The notes beneath the pieces were generated by a model, which saw nothing but the letters and a program-made list of their open reading frames with translations, was not told where the DNA came from and searched no databases. A stretch of DNA of 64,000 bases from Amoebidium appalachense (lineage: Eukaryota; Protista; Ichthyosporea): assembly GCA_963693365.1 (NCBI GenBank), contig CAVNZM010000013.1, forward strand, positions 3,562,722-3,626,721. The letters are read 5' to 3'. Positions 12,414-26,480 of this stretch are shown piece by piece (position 1 is the stretch's first letter; every line of letters starts with the position of its first letter). The translations under genes were made by a program, and so were the position numbers.

Positions 12414-13475
12414 ATCTCCCGTTCCGGAGCAACGCTGGCAGATTGGCCCCCCACTTTGCTCCGGCCGAGCTGCTTCGAGCCACCACTACCCTGCAGGAAT
12501 GCCAGGCCCTGAGTCTCAACCTCGACTCTCGGGCCTTTTACTCCCGGGTGCAAAAAGTGTTCATCGATTTCTGTGTGGCATCTCGGCTGCAATCCTCCTC
12601 CGGGTCCTCCCTCCCGGCCTCCCCACACACCGTGCAACTTTTTCTCGCCTGGTGTGCCCAACCAGGGGTACAGGCCTCTTCCTTAACCGGCTACAATTCG
12701 GCCATCACCAGGCTCCACCTCGACATGGGCCTCCCTGCTCCCTACCCCCACGACAAGTCTCTGGCCTGGTTCCTACGGGGGGTGGGCCGATGGCAGCTTT
12801 CTCACAACATCCGACCCCGCTCATCCACCAGGGAACCCCCTCCTCCCCTCCCACCTCCGCCTACTCCATGGCCAGTGCCCCACCAAGGCCTCCTCGGCCA
12901 ATCTCCGGCTATGGACGGCCCTCATCGTCGGTTTCTGTGGTCTCCTCCGTTCAGGGGAATTTACCTCCAAGACCCTGACTTCTTTCGACCCGTCCCGTCA
13001 CGTTAAACGGAAGGACGTGACCTTCAGCTACACCCCCACCGGTACTTTGTCCCATGCCACCCTCCACCTGCCAACCTCTAAGACGGATGTATAGGCCCGA
13101 GGTGTCAACGTCACCCTAGCTGCCCTGCCCCTCACCCACTTCTCCCCAGCCCATCTCCTCCGGCAGTTCCTGGATACAACGTCCGGTCAACCCGACGACC
13201 CCCTCTTCAGTCTCGGTGGCATCCCCTACACCAAGAGTGCTTTCTCTGCCGATTTCCGTGCCCTCCTCTCCCGGGCAGGCCTCTCACCCTCCCGGTTTGC
13301 CGGACACAGCCTCCGCATCGGGGGGGCCACAGCACTGGCTGAGGCCGGGGTCGACGACTCCCGGATCAAACAACTCGGCAGGTGGTCCTCCGACTGCTTC
13401 CTGATCTATACCCGACTTCGTCCGGCCTCCATTGCTGCCACCACCACACGTGTATTCGCCTCTATTCTTAAGTGA
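12414..13475 (+). pseudogene. Tyrosine recombinase of copy 1, with +1 frameshift in a C-run near 12840
   Basis: Near-identical to the intact ORF 41523-42554; the extra C in GAACCCCC may be a homopolymer error. Confidence 0.8.
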
Positions 13476-13503
13476 AACCTTTGGAGCAAGCATACTGCTC
13501 TCG

Positions 13504-14160
13504 TGCCGTGGTTTACAACCATTGCAGGTTCACTTTCGTCCAAGGGGATGTCCCCCTAGAGGCAACACACCTCCCGGAGTAGTTTTCATAGAGGTTTTAT
13601 TTGTGGAAATTATTGACATAAATATTTTTCTGGGTAAACACGTAGGATGGGTGTTCGATACCAACATAACCATGTAGGCTTCATTTCGTGTTTTAGCAGT
13701 TAGCGGTTGGCTGCCCGCACACGGGCACCTATTAGCCAGTCAAAACATCAGATACCACAGATCACTAGACCGAGTTATGATTGGCTCGGATCAGATTTCA
13801 CATATCACTAGATCGATTTTTGATTGGCTCAGATCGGTAGGCTTAGGTATATAAGCACGACAGTTTTTAGCAGATCAGCAAGCTACAAACACATCTTCTG
13901 TGTTTAGCATCCACAGCCTTACAGCTATATATTCCTTTTCACCCACCCACCTACACCCACACACAACCCCCATTGATCCACACATACGTGCTGTTTTTTC
14001 ACGGGGGGAAGACTTCCCCCGTTTTTTGGGCACATGGACCTCACGGATCAATAAATTGATGACTGGGGGCTTGCCGTGGTTTACAACCATTGCAGGTTCA
14101 CTTTCGTCCAAGGGGATGTCCCCCTAGAGGCAACACACGTCCCGGAGTAGTTTTCATAGA
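13504..14160 (+). repeat. 3' terminal B1-A2-spacer-B2 block
   Basis: 89-bp B repeats at 13504-13592 and 14072-14160 contain hairpin GGGGA-TG-TCCCC; AATAAA at 14050-14055 lies just before B2. Confidence 0.92.
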
Positions 14161-14949
14161 TATATATATATATATATATTGATGAACAAGAAGGAGTAGA
14201 GGGGGGGGGGGGAAATAGTATGAATTATAGACTTAGACTCCGCGATGCCACTAGGGGGAGGGAGAGGGGTGAGACAAAGATATGTGTATTATAGTGAGCC
14301 GATAGACTTAGCTCGTGCAGGCGCACGATAGACTAAGTCTTCATTAGATCGGTATATGCATGGAATGTGGCATCGTGGGGGGGCCGGGTGACGATGATCT
14401 TTGAGGGCACGGCCTTGATGGCCGCAGTTGTGACTTAGCTTGGATCCGTTAGGATCTCAGGCTGCCCGTCGGAGCCTGGCCTAGAATAAACTTTACGGTT
14501 TTTTCGTACACGTTCGTTCCTTTCCGTGTGTGTACACTTAGAAGAGTGCCGCGTCTCCTAATACATACACGTTAGGATACGACAAGCTACACCCCCTAAG
14601 TAAATACGGTTTAGGGTTTAAAATATTAACGTTTCTTGGCCGTAGGGCCCATTATCTTATCCCCCCTCCCCCTCCCCCCCCTCCCCCTCCCCCCTCCCCT
14701 CCCCCCCCCCCCCCTCCCCCCCCTCCTCCCCCCCCCCCCCCCCCCCCCCCCCCCCGGGCCCCCCCCCTCCCACCGCCCGCCCGCCCGTCCGCCCCCACCC
14801 GCCCGCCCGCCCGCCCGCCCGCCTGCTTGCCCCGGCTGCCCGCCCCGGTCATTTGGGTCCTTCTTCTGGGCTGCGGGTGTTTTTTTTTTTTTTTTTGGGG
14901 GGGGGGGGGGGGGAGACACACACACACCCGGAGACACGGAGACACACAG

Positions 14950-16160
<1,211 letters not shown>

Positions 16161-16164
16161 TGCA

Positions 16165-16500
16165 TGGTTCGTTGATATCACTTAGCATCCTTTTCACCGT
16201 GTCACGTGTTTTTGACCAATTTTTGGTATAGGTGTAAAATCGGTACGCCTTTGATTTTTGATCAGAAGAATCCAGTTCGTTCTCTAAATAATCAAGTTTT
16301 TTAGAAGAGAAAACTATGTCATAACCCGACCGCGTAATAACCCTTTCTGCCGGCGCATCGACATCTCGCAGACGCTGCATTATCTCGGGGTATCGATCTG
16401 AGCCACGAAATGCTGCCCGCATGTACTCAAGACTGATATTGTCGGGGCTGAGTGAGCCCATGTCGATATCGGCACTGAACCGTTTAGGGGGAGGAACCAC
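16165..16500 (-). other. Orphan non-repetitive reading frame, possible exon of an unknown protein
   Basis: ~110 codons of ordinary composition (RFSADIDMGSLSPDNISLEYMRAAF...RMLSDINEPC) amid microsatellites; no recognisable domain. Confidence 0.3.
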
Positions 16501-17173
16501 TGGGGGGGGGACCGTGTCCGTTTTCTTCGGTGCCTTTTCAATTTAATAGAAGTACGTTATACAATCTGTAAGAATAGTAACAATCTATCAATGCGTTGTG
16601 CAGCTTCACGTGTACGCGCATGTTTGTGCGAGCTTCCGTGTGTGATTCTGTCCTTGTGTGTCCAATGTGGTGCATGTTTATGTGTTCAAGGGTTGGTATA
16701 ATATGGGGTGAGAGCTCCGTGTGTGTGCATGTGTGCATGTGTGTGTGTGCATATGCATGTGTGTGACTGAGTGCGCTCACCTACATTGTGCGTCGTTTCC
16801 CCGGCATCCCCATTTTCTTTGGTTCCTCAGGGTATACGGTGCAGACTCCATGGGTGTTGGAGACTGGGTGACAGGCACAGGTGAAGGAGACTGGGTGTCA
16901 GGTAAGCTGTCGTGGGGTTGGGGGTTCACTGTGGCAAAGACGGTGATGGTAAGTAGTTATAAATTGAGGCAGGCAACCAAACTTTAAGTTATCAAAAGAA
17001 AGCGCCGGCATCAATGATACGATACCTATTGATTGGATACACACTGTTTGTGTATTGCCTGTCATATCTTTGGGCAGACGTCCTTTATATCTACATGTAT
17101 TAGAGGGGAATAAGGGAATGGTTCATAGTTTTCCCTAGCTCAACTCCCAAAAGACGCCGGGGGGGGGGGGGGG

Positions 17174-18111
17174 TGTTGCAGGCCAAAGTGTCGTCCCTGC
17201 AGGCCAAAGTGTCGTCATCTCTAATTAAAATCCAGGTCGTCAAATTTGGCTGGTCTAGGGGGAATATCGGGCAGGCCAAAATGCACCCCCCCCCCCCCCC
17301 CCCTCCCCCGCCTACTACCCTGGGTGACAAGGGGGGTCAGAGGGTTTGTATGACGTGGTGGGAGAAACTGTGTGTGCGTAATAAACAATCATTGTCGTGA
17401 CCTTAGCTTATGACATGTGTTGGGAAAAAAATCATGTCTACTGTTAACAGTTTTTTATCCTCTTGTGTTCGGGGGGGGACCAGAGGGGGGGGGGGGGGGT
17501 TGTGGTATAATCATTAAAGTGTCCTGAGCTTGTAGCTTTGTGTGTTGGTCGAAAAGAAACCATGGCCACTGACAGCAGGATTTTACCAACTCGTTGCAAA
17601 TGGTGTAGTATCATGTGGTTTGTATGTATTTATCGCCATTGCATTTACAAGTTACTAGAAGCCATAATACACATTATAATATAGCCGTAATCATCTTGTA
17701 TTCTTAATCATTCTTACGTCACAATGTTAAATTGGGTTCACATAGACTAAGTACCGCTCACATGGAATAAAACCCCCCCGCCGGCGGACAGCATATATAT
17801 TTTGTATGTTTTAGTTGTCACCACGTTAAAGAACCATACACAGCAGCCAATTCAATGTTATATTCGTAAAAATCTTCTATGCATAATTTTCAATCTTGAT
17901 CTTATACTTATACACCTACATGAAATAAATCCAGACAGCATGCAACCAGCACATTCATGGTGTATCTAAATACGAGAAGGCATTATGTCCTTCATTCAAT
18001 TCAAACGATAATGGCATGTTGGCAGCAAAAAATAACAAAAAAGCCCCCCCCCAAAAAAAAAACAAAAAAAAAAAACTCCGATATCCACAAGGCCGTCTAC
18101 AATACATCCAC
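17174..18111 (+). repeat. Truncated copy of the TGTTGCAGGCC-terminated repeat unit
   Basis: Matches ~20214-21180 and, inverted, ~27835-28820; broken at ~18111 by the copia fragment. Confidence 0.85.
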
Positions 18112-20180
18112 ACATCAGGATGGGTTACGGGTTTAGGATGTCCCAGACTGGTTTGAGACGGGAAAAAGATGCCGGGAGATGTTTGCTGATGTGGCTCAAG
18201 AGTAGAGAAGTACTTCTTTACTGGGCACACGTGGACGTTTGAAGCCGAGTCCCAGCAGGGGTCCATGGGTAGGGAGGCCGTGGTGGACACGAGGGCAAAA
18301 TGCACCTCTTTTCCAGACTTGGTGTTGGCACGGTGACGACGGGCAATTGAGCAGCCAGGTTTGTCACACTGTGTGACATGATGGTCTTCGTGACAGTAGG
18401 CACAGTCGAGGGAGCCAGTGGTCTTGGCTCGGGGTGGCTGGGAATGACGGTTACCCCCTTTACGTGGGGGGTAGGGTGACCGGGAACGATAGCCGGGGGA
18501 ACGGGACCCGGAGTAATCACGGTCAACTGAGGGGGATCGATCGGTGGAACGACCGCGGGGGTGACGGGAGACGGAGCTGTCACGTCGGGGGATCCGGTGT
18601 CTGAGGTCGTCCTTGGTGAGGACACGGCTTTGCAGGGCACGTGCTGTTCGGACGGTGGAGGAGGACCCGGACCCAGAGTCGATGAGACCTTCACGGATCT
18701 CTGCAGCTCGGATGTCACTGATTAGACGGTTGTAGGTCTCGTAGTTGATGGTACGACGGAAGTAGTCGGCAATCATGGCCTGGATGTCGGTACAAACTAA
18801 CTTACGGTTCTTCTTGAGGTGGATGAAGAAGTTATCAACCATAGTCTTGTGAGGGATGGGCTCTTCGAGGATGTGCAGGGTAGTGCACAGACGGCGTGCC
18901 ATGGTGAGGTAGGCCGTGACGGTCTTGAAGTCTTTGAGTTCAAGCTCATGGTAGTCGAGGAGGATTTGACGAGCACGATCTTCACGTTCAGCCGCATAGG
19001 TCATACGGAGGTTGTGGAAAGCTTGGGCAGGTGACACATCATCGTGGATTTGACCAGAGTTATACAGCTCATCATTGGAGACGAGTTGAGTAAACATCTG
19101 TTCAAGGAAGTTGGAAGCCTCGGTGTAGGCCTCCTCAGTGTCATAGCCGTGCCACTCGTTCTCGTCGGAAGGGTCGACCCACTCGGGGGCCTTGATGACG
19201 GGCACTAACTTGGCCGCGGTGGTAGTACGTAGGTACCGGAAGATGACGGGTTCCCACTCATAATAGGTGAGACGTTTGCCGGACTTCTTGTCCGTGGTGT
19301 CATCCCCTTTCCAGGGGGTGAGGTTGAGATACGCAGGTTTCTCCGACATGGTGATCAATCAGTCAGATGATGCGTGAGAGAGGAATCAGATCGGTATTCA
19401 AATTTGAATATTTTCGATTGCAGCGAGAGTATGTGTTGCGAGGGCGTGCGAAAATGGGCCCATAACCTGTTGTTTTGTACGGGTCTAAGGGAGCAGAGTG
19501 CACAGAGGTGTCATGTAAAACACGACTAACACATTAATGAGAGGGCAATCGGAGTTGTTCACGAGACATTGAAAGATTCAAACAACAACTGATTCTTTAT
19601 TGTGCTCTCGGTTCCTTTTGTACTTGCGACTTATCACCTTATCACAACTAAAGAGGGAGAACCAATCGGTTCTATCAGAAGATAGAAAAACACATTCCGA
19701 CAGAGCATACGCATTCCAACTTCCGATTAAACTAAAGTTTAGAAACTCTTACTTAAATAAATTAAGTAATTATACATCTAGTCACTATTAACTCACATAT
19801 ATATTTATGTTCGTCTCTATAAAGAAACTTATTAAAATACATATATTTCCTAATAGTCGACACTCTCAAAGTGAAGACACTTTGCAATAAACCGAATTCC
19901 ATATATATCTATTGTCCAATCACAACACACATATATTAATAGACAGGAATGCACAACACAATCTACAGATGTACTCGCTCGCGACTATTGGCGAGCCATC
20001 CTTTTGAGAACAAAACTAAGCCATTTTGAAATAAAGGAAAGACAACGAGTGAGGCTAGCCAATCATGCTACCTCTCAGATAAACAGAGGAGAGCAAACAG
20101 AAATAAAAATACAATAAGTTCTTATCAGGCAAGAGAGGCAGGTGTGCACAGATCTACAGATATCTGTGCCCACAGAAACA
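18112..20180 (-). mobile_element. 5' fragment of a second Ty1/copia family (LTR, PBS, gag, start of protease)
   Basis: Minus strand reads ...CAACA (LTR end at 19468) then PBS GGTTATGGGCCC (19467-19456). The outer LTR boundary near 20180 is uncertain. Confidence 0.8.
18200..19349 (-). pseudogene. Copia gag plus N-terminal protease fragment
   Basis: ATG at 19349; YYEWEP gag N-terminus, knuckle CAYCHEDHHVTQC, protease-like CWDSASNVHVC, then truncated. Confidence 0.8.
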
Positions 20181-20213
20181 AGGGAGAGAGAGATACGGGG
20201 GGGGGGGGGGGGG

Positions 20214-21102
20214 TGTTGCAGGCCAAAGTGTCGTCCAGGCCAAAGTGTCGTCATCTCTAATTAAAATCCAGGTCGTCAAATTTGACTGGTCTAGGGGGAA
20301 TATCGGGCAGGCCAAAATGCCCCCCCCCCCCCCCCCACTACCCTGTGTGACATGGGGGGGTCAGTGGGTTTGTATGACGTGGTGGGAGAAACTGTGTGTG
20401 CGTAATAAACAATCGTTGTCGTGACCTTAGCTTATGACATGTGTTGGGAAAAAAATCATGCCTACTGTTACCAGTTTTTTATCCGCTCTTGGTGCAAATG
20501 ATGTGTTCGGGGGGGGGACCAGAGGGGGGGGGGGGGGGGGGGTTTGTGGTATAATCATTAAAGTGTCCTGAGCTTGTAGCTTTGTGTGTTGGTCGAAAAG
20601 AAATCATGGCCACTGACAGCAGGATTTTACCAACTCGTTGCAAATGGTGTAGTATCATGTGGTTTGTATGTATTTATCGCCATTGCATTTACAAGTTACA
20701 GAATCCATAACTTACCATTATAATATAGTCGTAATCATCTTGTATTCTTAATCATTCTTACGTCACAATGTTAAATTGGGTTCACATGCTAAGTACCGCT
20801 CACATGGAATAAAACCTCGCCGCCGGCGGACAGCATATATATTTTGTATGTTTTAGTTTTAGTTGTCACTACGTTAAAGAACCGTAGTACACAGCAGCCA
20901 ATTCAATGTTATATTCGTAAATATCTTCTATGCATATTATTAATTTTCAATCTTGATCCTATACTTATACACCTACATGAAATAAATCCAGACAGCATGC
21001 AACCAGCACATTCATGGTGTATTTAAATATGAGCAGGCATTATGTCCTTCATTTCAGTTCAAACGATAATGGCATGTTGGCAGCAAAAAAAAACAAAAAA
21101 GC

Positions 21103-21141
<39 letters not shown>

Positions 21142-22140
21142 ACTCCGATATCCACAAGGTCGTCTACACTACATCCACAGTTGACTTTGCATACGTCAGT
21201 TTGCGGGAGCCCACGCCTACCAGTGGTTCCTGGGCGGGCACATACACCATGAAGTTGAGATGCACATCCTTAATGCGTGCCCAATTCAACTTAACATATA
21301 ATGGGCACCAGCCTTCGCACTCGCCACCTTCCCGAGACATTTGGACAGAGACATTGGTAGGTCCCGTGTTGCTCTCTCATAGCTCAGTGTCTGGTTTTTC
21401 CGTGGTCATACCGAAACGTTTGCAGTGGAGATGATATGGTCTCCCGTTTTTCCATGTGAATGAGGGTGCCACACCGAAAAACTGACCTGGTTTGTGAAGA
21501 CCAATGTAGGCAAGATGGTATTGGCGCCCCATAAAGTTTACGCAATTCATGACATGAACAGGCGGCACGGATTGCACTGACATGTGGACGAAGAGAATTC
21601 TAGGAAGTATTAAAACGTTGCCCCGCACCGTACCCTTGAAATTGCACGTTGTGCAAACCGAGGTTGGGCTTTGAAATTCCCTGCCATATTCAGTGCAGTC
21701 GCCATCGAAGAAGTGGGTACCCGCTATGTTTTCTATGGGATTGACAATGTAAATCTCCTTGTGGTCCATCCTTTCACGGCGACGTCGGGTGCGAAGCTCG
21801 GCATCGATGGAACACAACACACGCGTACACACGCCAGTGCATTTAACGCATGGTAGCGGTTATGATTGTCACGTGAGGGGGTACCACGTTGTCTCGGAAT
21901 AGCGGACGACTAGACCCATCCAGCGGGACACCCGTGAGGTAATACGAACCGCTAATGTCACATTGAAGCGCGTCAAACAACTTGTCCGTTGAACTTATGT
22001 CCCCAATCCTGTATCGTGTTACCTTCCACACCCGTGCCAGTCGATGAGCAATGGCCCGGATATTTGCTGTATGCTTCTCGCGGTGCTTTAAGGCAGCAAT
22101 CATCCGGTCCCAAACGTCCAGTCCGGTTGGCTTAAGATGT
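20214..22140 (-). repeat. Left arm of ~1.9-kb inverted duplication, carrying a decayed protease copy
   Basis: Reverse complement of 26871-28820; its protease frame has a frameshift (~21845), a premature stop (21377), and PGHF>PGQF and CDG>CKR changes. Confidence 0.85.
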
Positions 22141-23715
22141 CCCCCCCCCCCCCCCCCCCCCCCCGATCTCGATCGTAGACTTAGGCTGATCTGCTGAGAC
22201 GGATTAGTATATGTCACTTGCCCCTATACTTCACCTTGGCTTACCTGTTAGAGCCTGTTAGAGCCGCTCACAAAACCCGAACTTGGCAAAGTCACAGTAG
22301 CAGGTTCAAGGACCTGCGATGGGGAAGAGACTTTCAGAACCTGCTAGGGGTACGGTGTTATATAAGGCCAAAAAGGAGGCAACACAACGTGCACGTGGCC
22401 TTCTCTGTAATACTGATGCAGCATAGATTGCAAGAAGCATAAACTAATAACAGAGCAACAAAGGCTCGAGGATATACAGATGCCTATGCACGGCTGGACG
22501 TGGACGCCCAAGTTCGACCAAGGCAAGCGCAGAAGCGCTTACAAATTTAGGTTGTATCCTTCTTGCCGTGTGACCTCACAAGACAAAAGCCTAGTATGTA
22601 AGTCAGAGGGTTCGTGAAGATGAGTTTCTAAAAAAAAACTCACCTTGCCTGTGGCGCATAGCTCCGTTTTTCCAGACTCAAACTCCTGCCTGCCCAAAAA
22701 CAATCTGCTTAAAAACACCAACTATTACTATTCTACGCAGTCTTGGGCCACGGCCCACTGCTGTGTATGCAAGTTGTAGATGGAGCCGCAGGAATCTCAC
22801 CAAACACAAGACAAAAGCGAATGCGTGCAAGCGAGTTTAGAGTCGGCTGTTTCTTTACACCAAAACTTGCCAACGGTTGTCTTTGACGACCAGCTGCTGT
22901 CTAGGAATCTTTGCTACTAAATACGCGCGAGTGGTTGCACTTGACCGATACTTGCAAGTCTTTTTCTTGTTTGGTGTGACCGTTAGGCCGCACATGGCAT
23001 CACATTGATTCGGGCCGGGTCAAATTTGCCATAGTCGGGAAGAATTCCGGACGAAATCAGGAATATATTTAGACCTCATTACAGTCTACCAATCAGAATA
23101 GCTGGCTTAATTCGTGATCGGGGATCATCGGGAGCCGGATTCGCACTTTTTTTTTTTGCTGTCCCCCCCCCCCCCCCCCCCCCCCCTCCCCCCCCCCCCC
23201 CCCCTTCCCCCCCGCGGGAAACAGGGAGGGGGTACATGGGTGGTAAGGTTGCAAATGTAAGGTTTACGCTGTATTTTATGGTGTGTGTGTCATTCCACAC
23301 ACACACACACACATACATCAGTGTAAGCGCATCCAAGCACGACATTATCTAGTACTCTTTGACAATGTATAGACTATGTCCAATCATGTTATTGTATCGT
23401 GTGTGTGTGCACTTCAATGTGTCAAAATAAACCACACCCAGACTTGTTATTGTATCGTGTGTGTATGCACTGCGCGCTGTTCAGGAGGGAACCACCTGGA
23501 CAGGGCGGTTAAAGCGGGATAGCTGCTCCAATAATTCTGGGTCTCATTCACAGACTAAACAGATACAATTTTAAAGTCCATAGTACATCATACGTACAAG
23601 AAACACTAACGAACCAACAACTGAATTCAAGCAAATAAATCGTTAATCAATGGTGCATACGTATATAATAAGTATTCAATCGTGGAAAACTCACATAGCA
23701 ACACACGCAACTTAC

Positions 23716-24002
23716 CTATTGACGACAGACTCCATCTTCTTGCCTGAGTGGACGGGACGGACCAAGACCCCACTGTTCCATCCCCCAAAACGGAAACTCG
23801 ACAACGGTGCCCAACCTTTGAACACAATCCACTTATCCAGGGAAGCCTTCGCTTTGGCTTCCTTGTCAAACACAATGGGGTCGATATCCGTTGGGCCGCA
23901 CTGGGACAGACACCTTGGCTCAACAATCTTGGAAAGGCGCTTGATATCATCGAAGGAAATATCAAAAATAGACCGAACCAACGTGGGAAGGTGGGACGCC
24001 AT
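23716..24002 (-). other. Candidate exon of an unknown gene
   Basis: Open frame (MASHLPTLVRSIFDISF...MESVVNR) bounded by TTTTGCAG| and AG|GTAAGT. Confidence 0.35.
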
Positions 24003-24059
24003 CTGCAAAAATAAATAAATAAAAATGAATACGCTTAGTTACAATGCGAATATTATATT

Positions 24060-24336
24060 ATCCGGAATATCAAACCCCCCAAGCGAATATAATATTCGCT
24101 CGGATCCTGATTAATAATATCCAACCATTCGATCCGAGCGAATATTATATTTGCTTATACGAGCGAATATTATATTCGCTTGGGGGTTGTACTAATCAGG
24201 ATGCGAGCGAATATAATATTTGCTCGGATCCTGATTATCCAACCCATATATATATATATATTTGCTCGGATCCTGATTATCCAACCCCCAAGCGAATATA
24301 ATATTCGCTCGGATCCTGATTATCCAACCCCCAAGC

Positions 24337-24386
<50 letters not shown>

Positions 24387-24628
24387 TTGCTCGGATCCTG
24401 GTTATCCAACCCCCAAGCGAATATAATATTCGCTCGGATCCATATATATATATGTATATATATTTGCTCGGATCCTGGTTATCCAACCCCCAAGCGAATA
24501 TAATATTCGCTCGGATCCTGATTATCCAACCCCCAAGCGAATATAATATTCGCTCGGATCCTGAGTATCCAACCCCAAAGCGGAAATAATATTCGCTCGC
24601 ATCCTAATTATCCATCCGCCCAGGTGAA

Positions 24629-24665
<37 letters not shown>

Positions 24666-24976
24666 CTCGGATCCTGATTATCCAACCCCCAAGCGAATAT
24701 AATATTCGCTCGGATCCTGATTATCCAACCCCCAAGCGAATATAATATTCGCTCGGATCCTGAGTATCCAACCCCAAAGCGGATATAAGATTCGCTCGCA
24801 TCCTAATTATCCATCCGCCCAGGTGAATAAATTAAAAAAAAATAAAAAATAAAAAAAAAATGCTCGGATCCTGATTATCCAATCCCCAAGCGAATATAAT
24901 ATTTGCTCGGAACCTGAGTATCCAACCCCCAAGCGAATATAACATTCGCTCGCATCCTGATTATCCATCCCCCCAG

Positions 24977-25011
<35 letters not shown>

Positions 25012-25349
25012 CTCGGATCCTGATTATCCAACCCCCAAGCGAATATAAATTCGCTCGGATCCTGAGTATCCAACCCCCAAGCGAATATAACATTCGCTCG
25101 CATCCTGATTATCCATCCCCCCAGGCGAATATAATAAATAAAAACTAAAAAAAATAAAAATGCTCGGATCCTGATTATTCAACCCCCAAGCGAATATAAT
25201 ATTCGCTCGGATCCTGAGTATCCAACCCCCAAGTGAACATAATATTCGCTCGCATCCTGATTATCCATCCCCCCAGGCGAATATAATATTCGCTCGCATC
25301 CTGATTATCCATCCCCCCAGGCGAATATAAAAAAAAAAAATAATAATAA

Positions 25350-25388
<39 letters not shown>

Positions 25389-25469
25389 ATTTGCTCGGAT
25401 CCTGATTATCCAACCCCCAAGCGAATATAATAATCGCTCGCATCCTGATTATCCATCCCCCCAGGCGAA

Positions 25470-25508
<39 letters not shown>

Positions 25509-25908
25509 GGATCCTGATTATCCAACCCCCAAGCGAATATAACATTCGCTCGCATCCTGATTATCCATCCCCCCAGGCGAATATAATAAATAAAAAATAA
25601 AAAAAATAAAAATGCTCGGATCCTGATTATTCAACCCCCAAGCGAATATAATATTCGCTCGGATCCTGAGTATCCAACCCCCAAGCGAACGTAATATTCG
25701 CTCGCATCCTGATTATCCATCCCCCCAGGCGAATATAATATTCGCTCGCATCCTGATTATCCATCCCCCCAGGCGAATATAAAAATAAAAAAAATAATAA
25801 TAATAAATAAATAAATAAATAAATAAATAAATTTGCTCGGATCCTGATTATCCAACCCCCAAGCGAATATAATAATCGCTCGCATCCTGATTATCCATCC
25901 CCCCAGGC

Positions 25909-25943
<35 letters not shown>

Positions 25944-26326
25944 TCGGATCCTGATTATCCAACCCCCAAGCGAATATAATATTCGCTCGGATCCTGAGTA
26001 TCCAACCCCCAGGCGAATATAATATTCGCTCGCATCCTGATTATCCATCCCCCCAGGCGAATAAAAAAAAAAAAAAAAAAAAAAAAAATCGCCCGCATCC
26101 TGATTATCCATCCCCCCAGGCGAATATAATATTCGCTCGCATCCTGATTATCCATCCCCCCAGGCGAAAACCCTAAATAAAATAAAAAGAAAAGAAAAAA
26201 ATATTTGCTCGGATCCTGATTATCCAACCAACATGTTAACCCCCAAGAGAATATTATATTTGCTCGGAACCTGAGTATCCAACCCCCAGGCGAATATAAT
26301 ATTCGCTTGCATCCTGATTATCCATC
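24060..26326. repeat. 43-bp palindromic minisatellite interrupted by poly-A, (TA)n and (TAAA)n tracts
   Basis: Unit GCTCGGATCCTGATTATCCAACCCCCAAGCGAATATAATATTC and variant GCTCGCATCC...CATCCCCCCAGG; contains palindrome AGCGAATAT-A-ATATTCGCT. Confidence 0.92.
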
Positions 26327-26480
26327 TAAACCTAAACCCTATCTGTCGCATCCGGCAGGTACACAAGTTCTCTCTGAGCCAGAACACAACACAGGGTCGT
26401 CGGATCCTGCTTCGCCATGTTCGTCGTCGGGTTTTACTAGTGCAGGTGACGGCGCCCAGTCACAAGTACCACCTTCGCCA

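Larger units (their letters stand above)
2825..14160 (+). mobile_element. Ngaro-like tyrosine-recombinase retrotransposon, copy 1 (full length, interrupted by a copia element)
   Basis: Split direct repeat layout: A1 (2825-3174), gag, RT/RH, YR, B1 (13504-13592), A2 (13592-13941), 130-bp spacer, B2 (14072-14160). No methyltransferase domain after RNase H. Flanked on both sides by (TA)n with no TSD. Confidence 0.93.

Noticed and set aside
14180-14566. Possible solo LTR (TG...CA with AATAAA)
   Set aside because: No matching TSD, PBS or second copy in the window.
22628-22643. GTGAG-T9-AG micro-intron on the minus strand
   Set aside because: 16 nt is too short, and there is no convincing flanking protein sequence.
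24060-26326. CRISPR-like appearance (palindromic repeats with variable spacers)
   Set aside because: Spacers are absent or simple A/TA tracts, there are no cas genes, and the context is eukaryotic.
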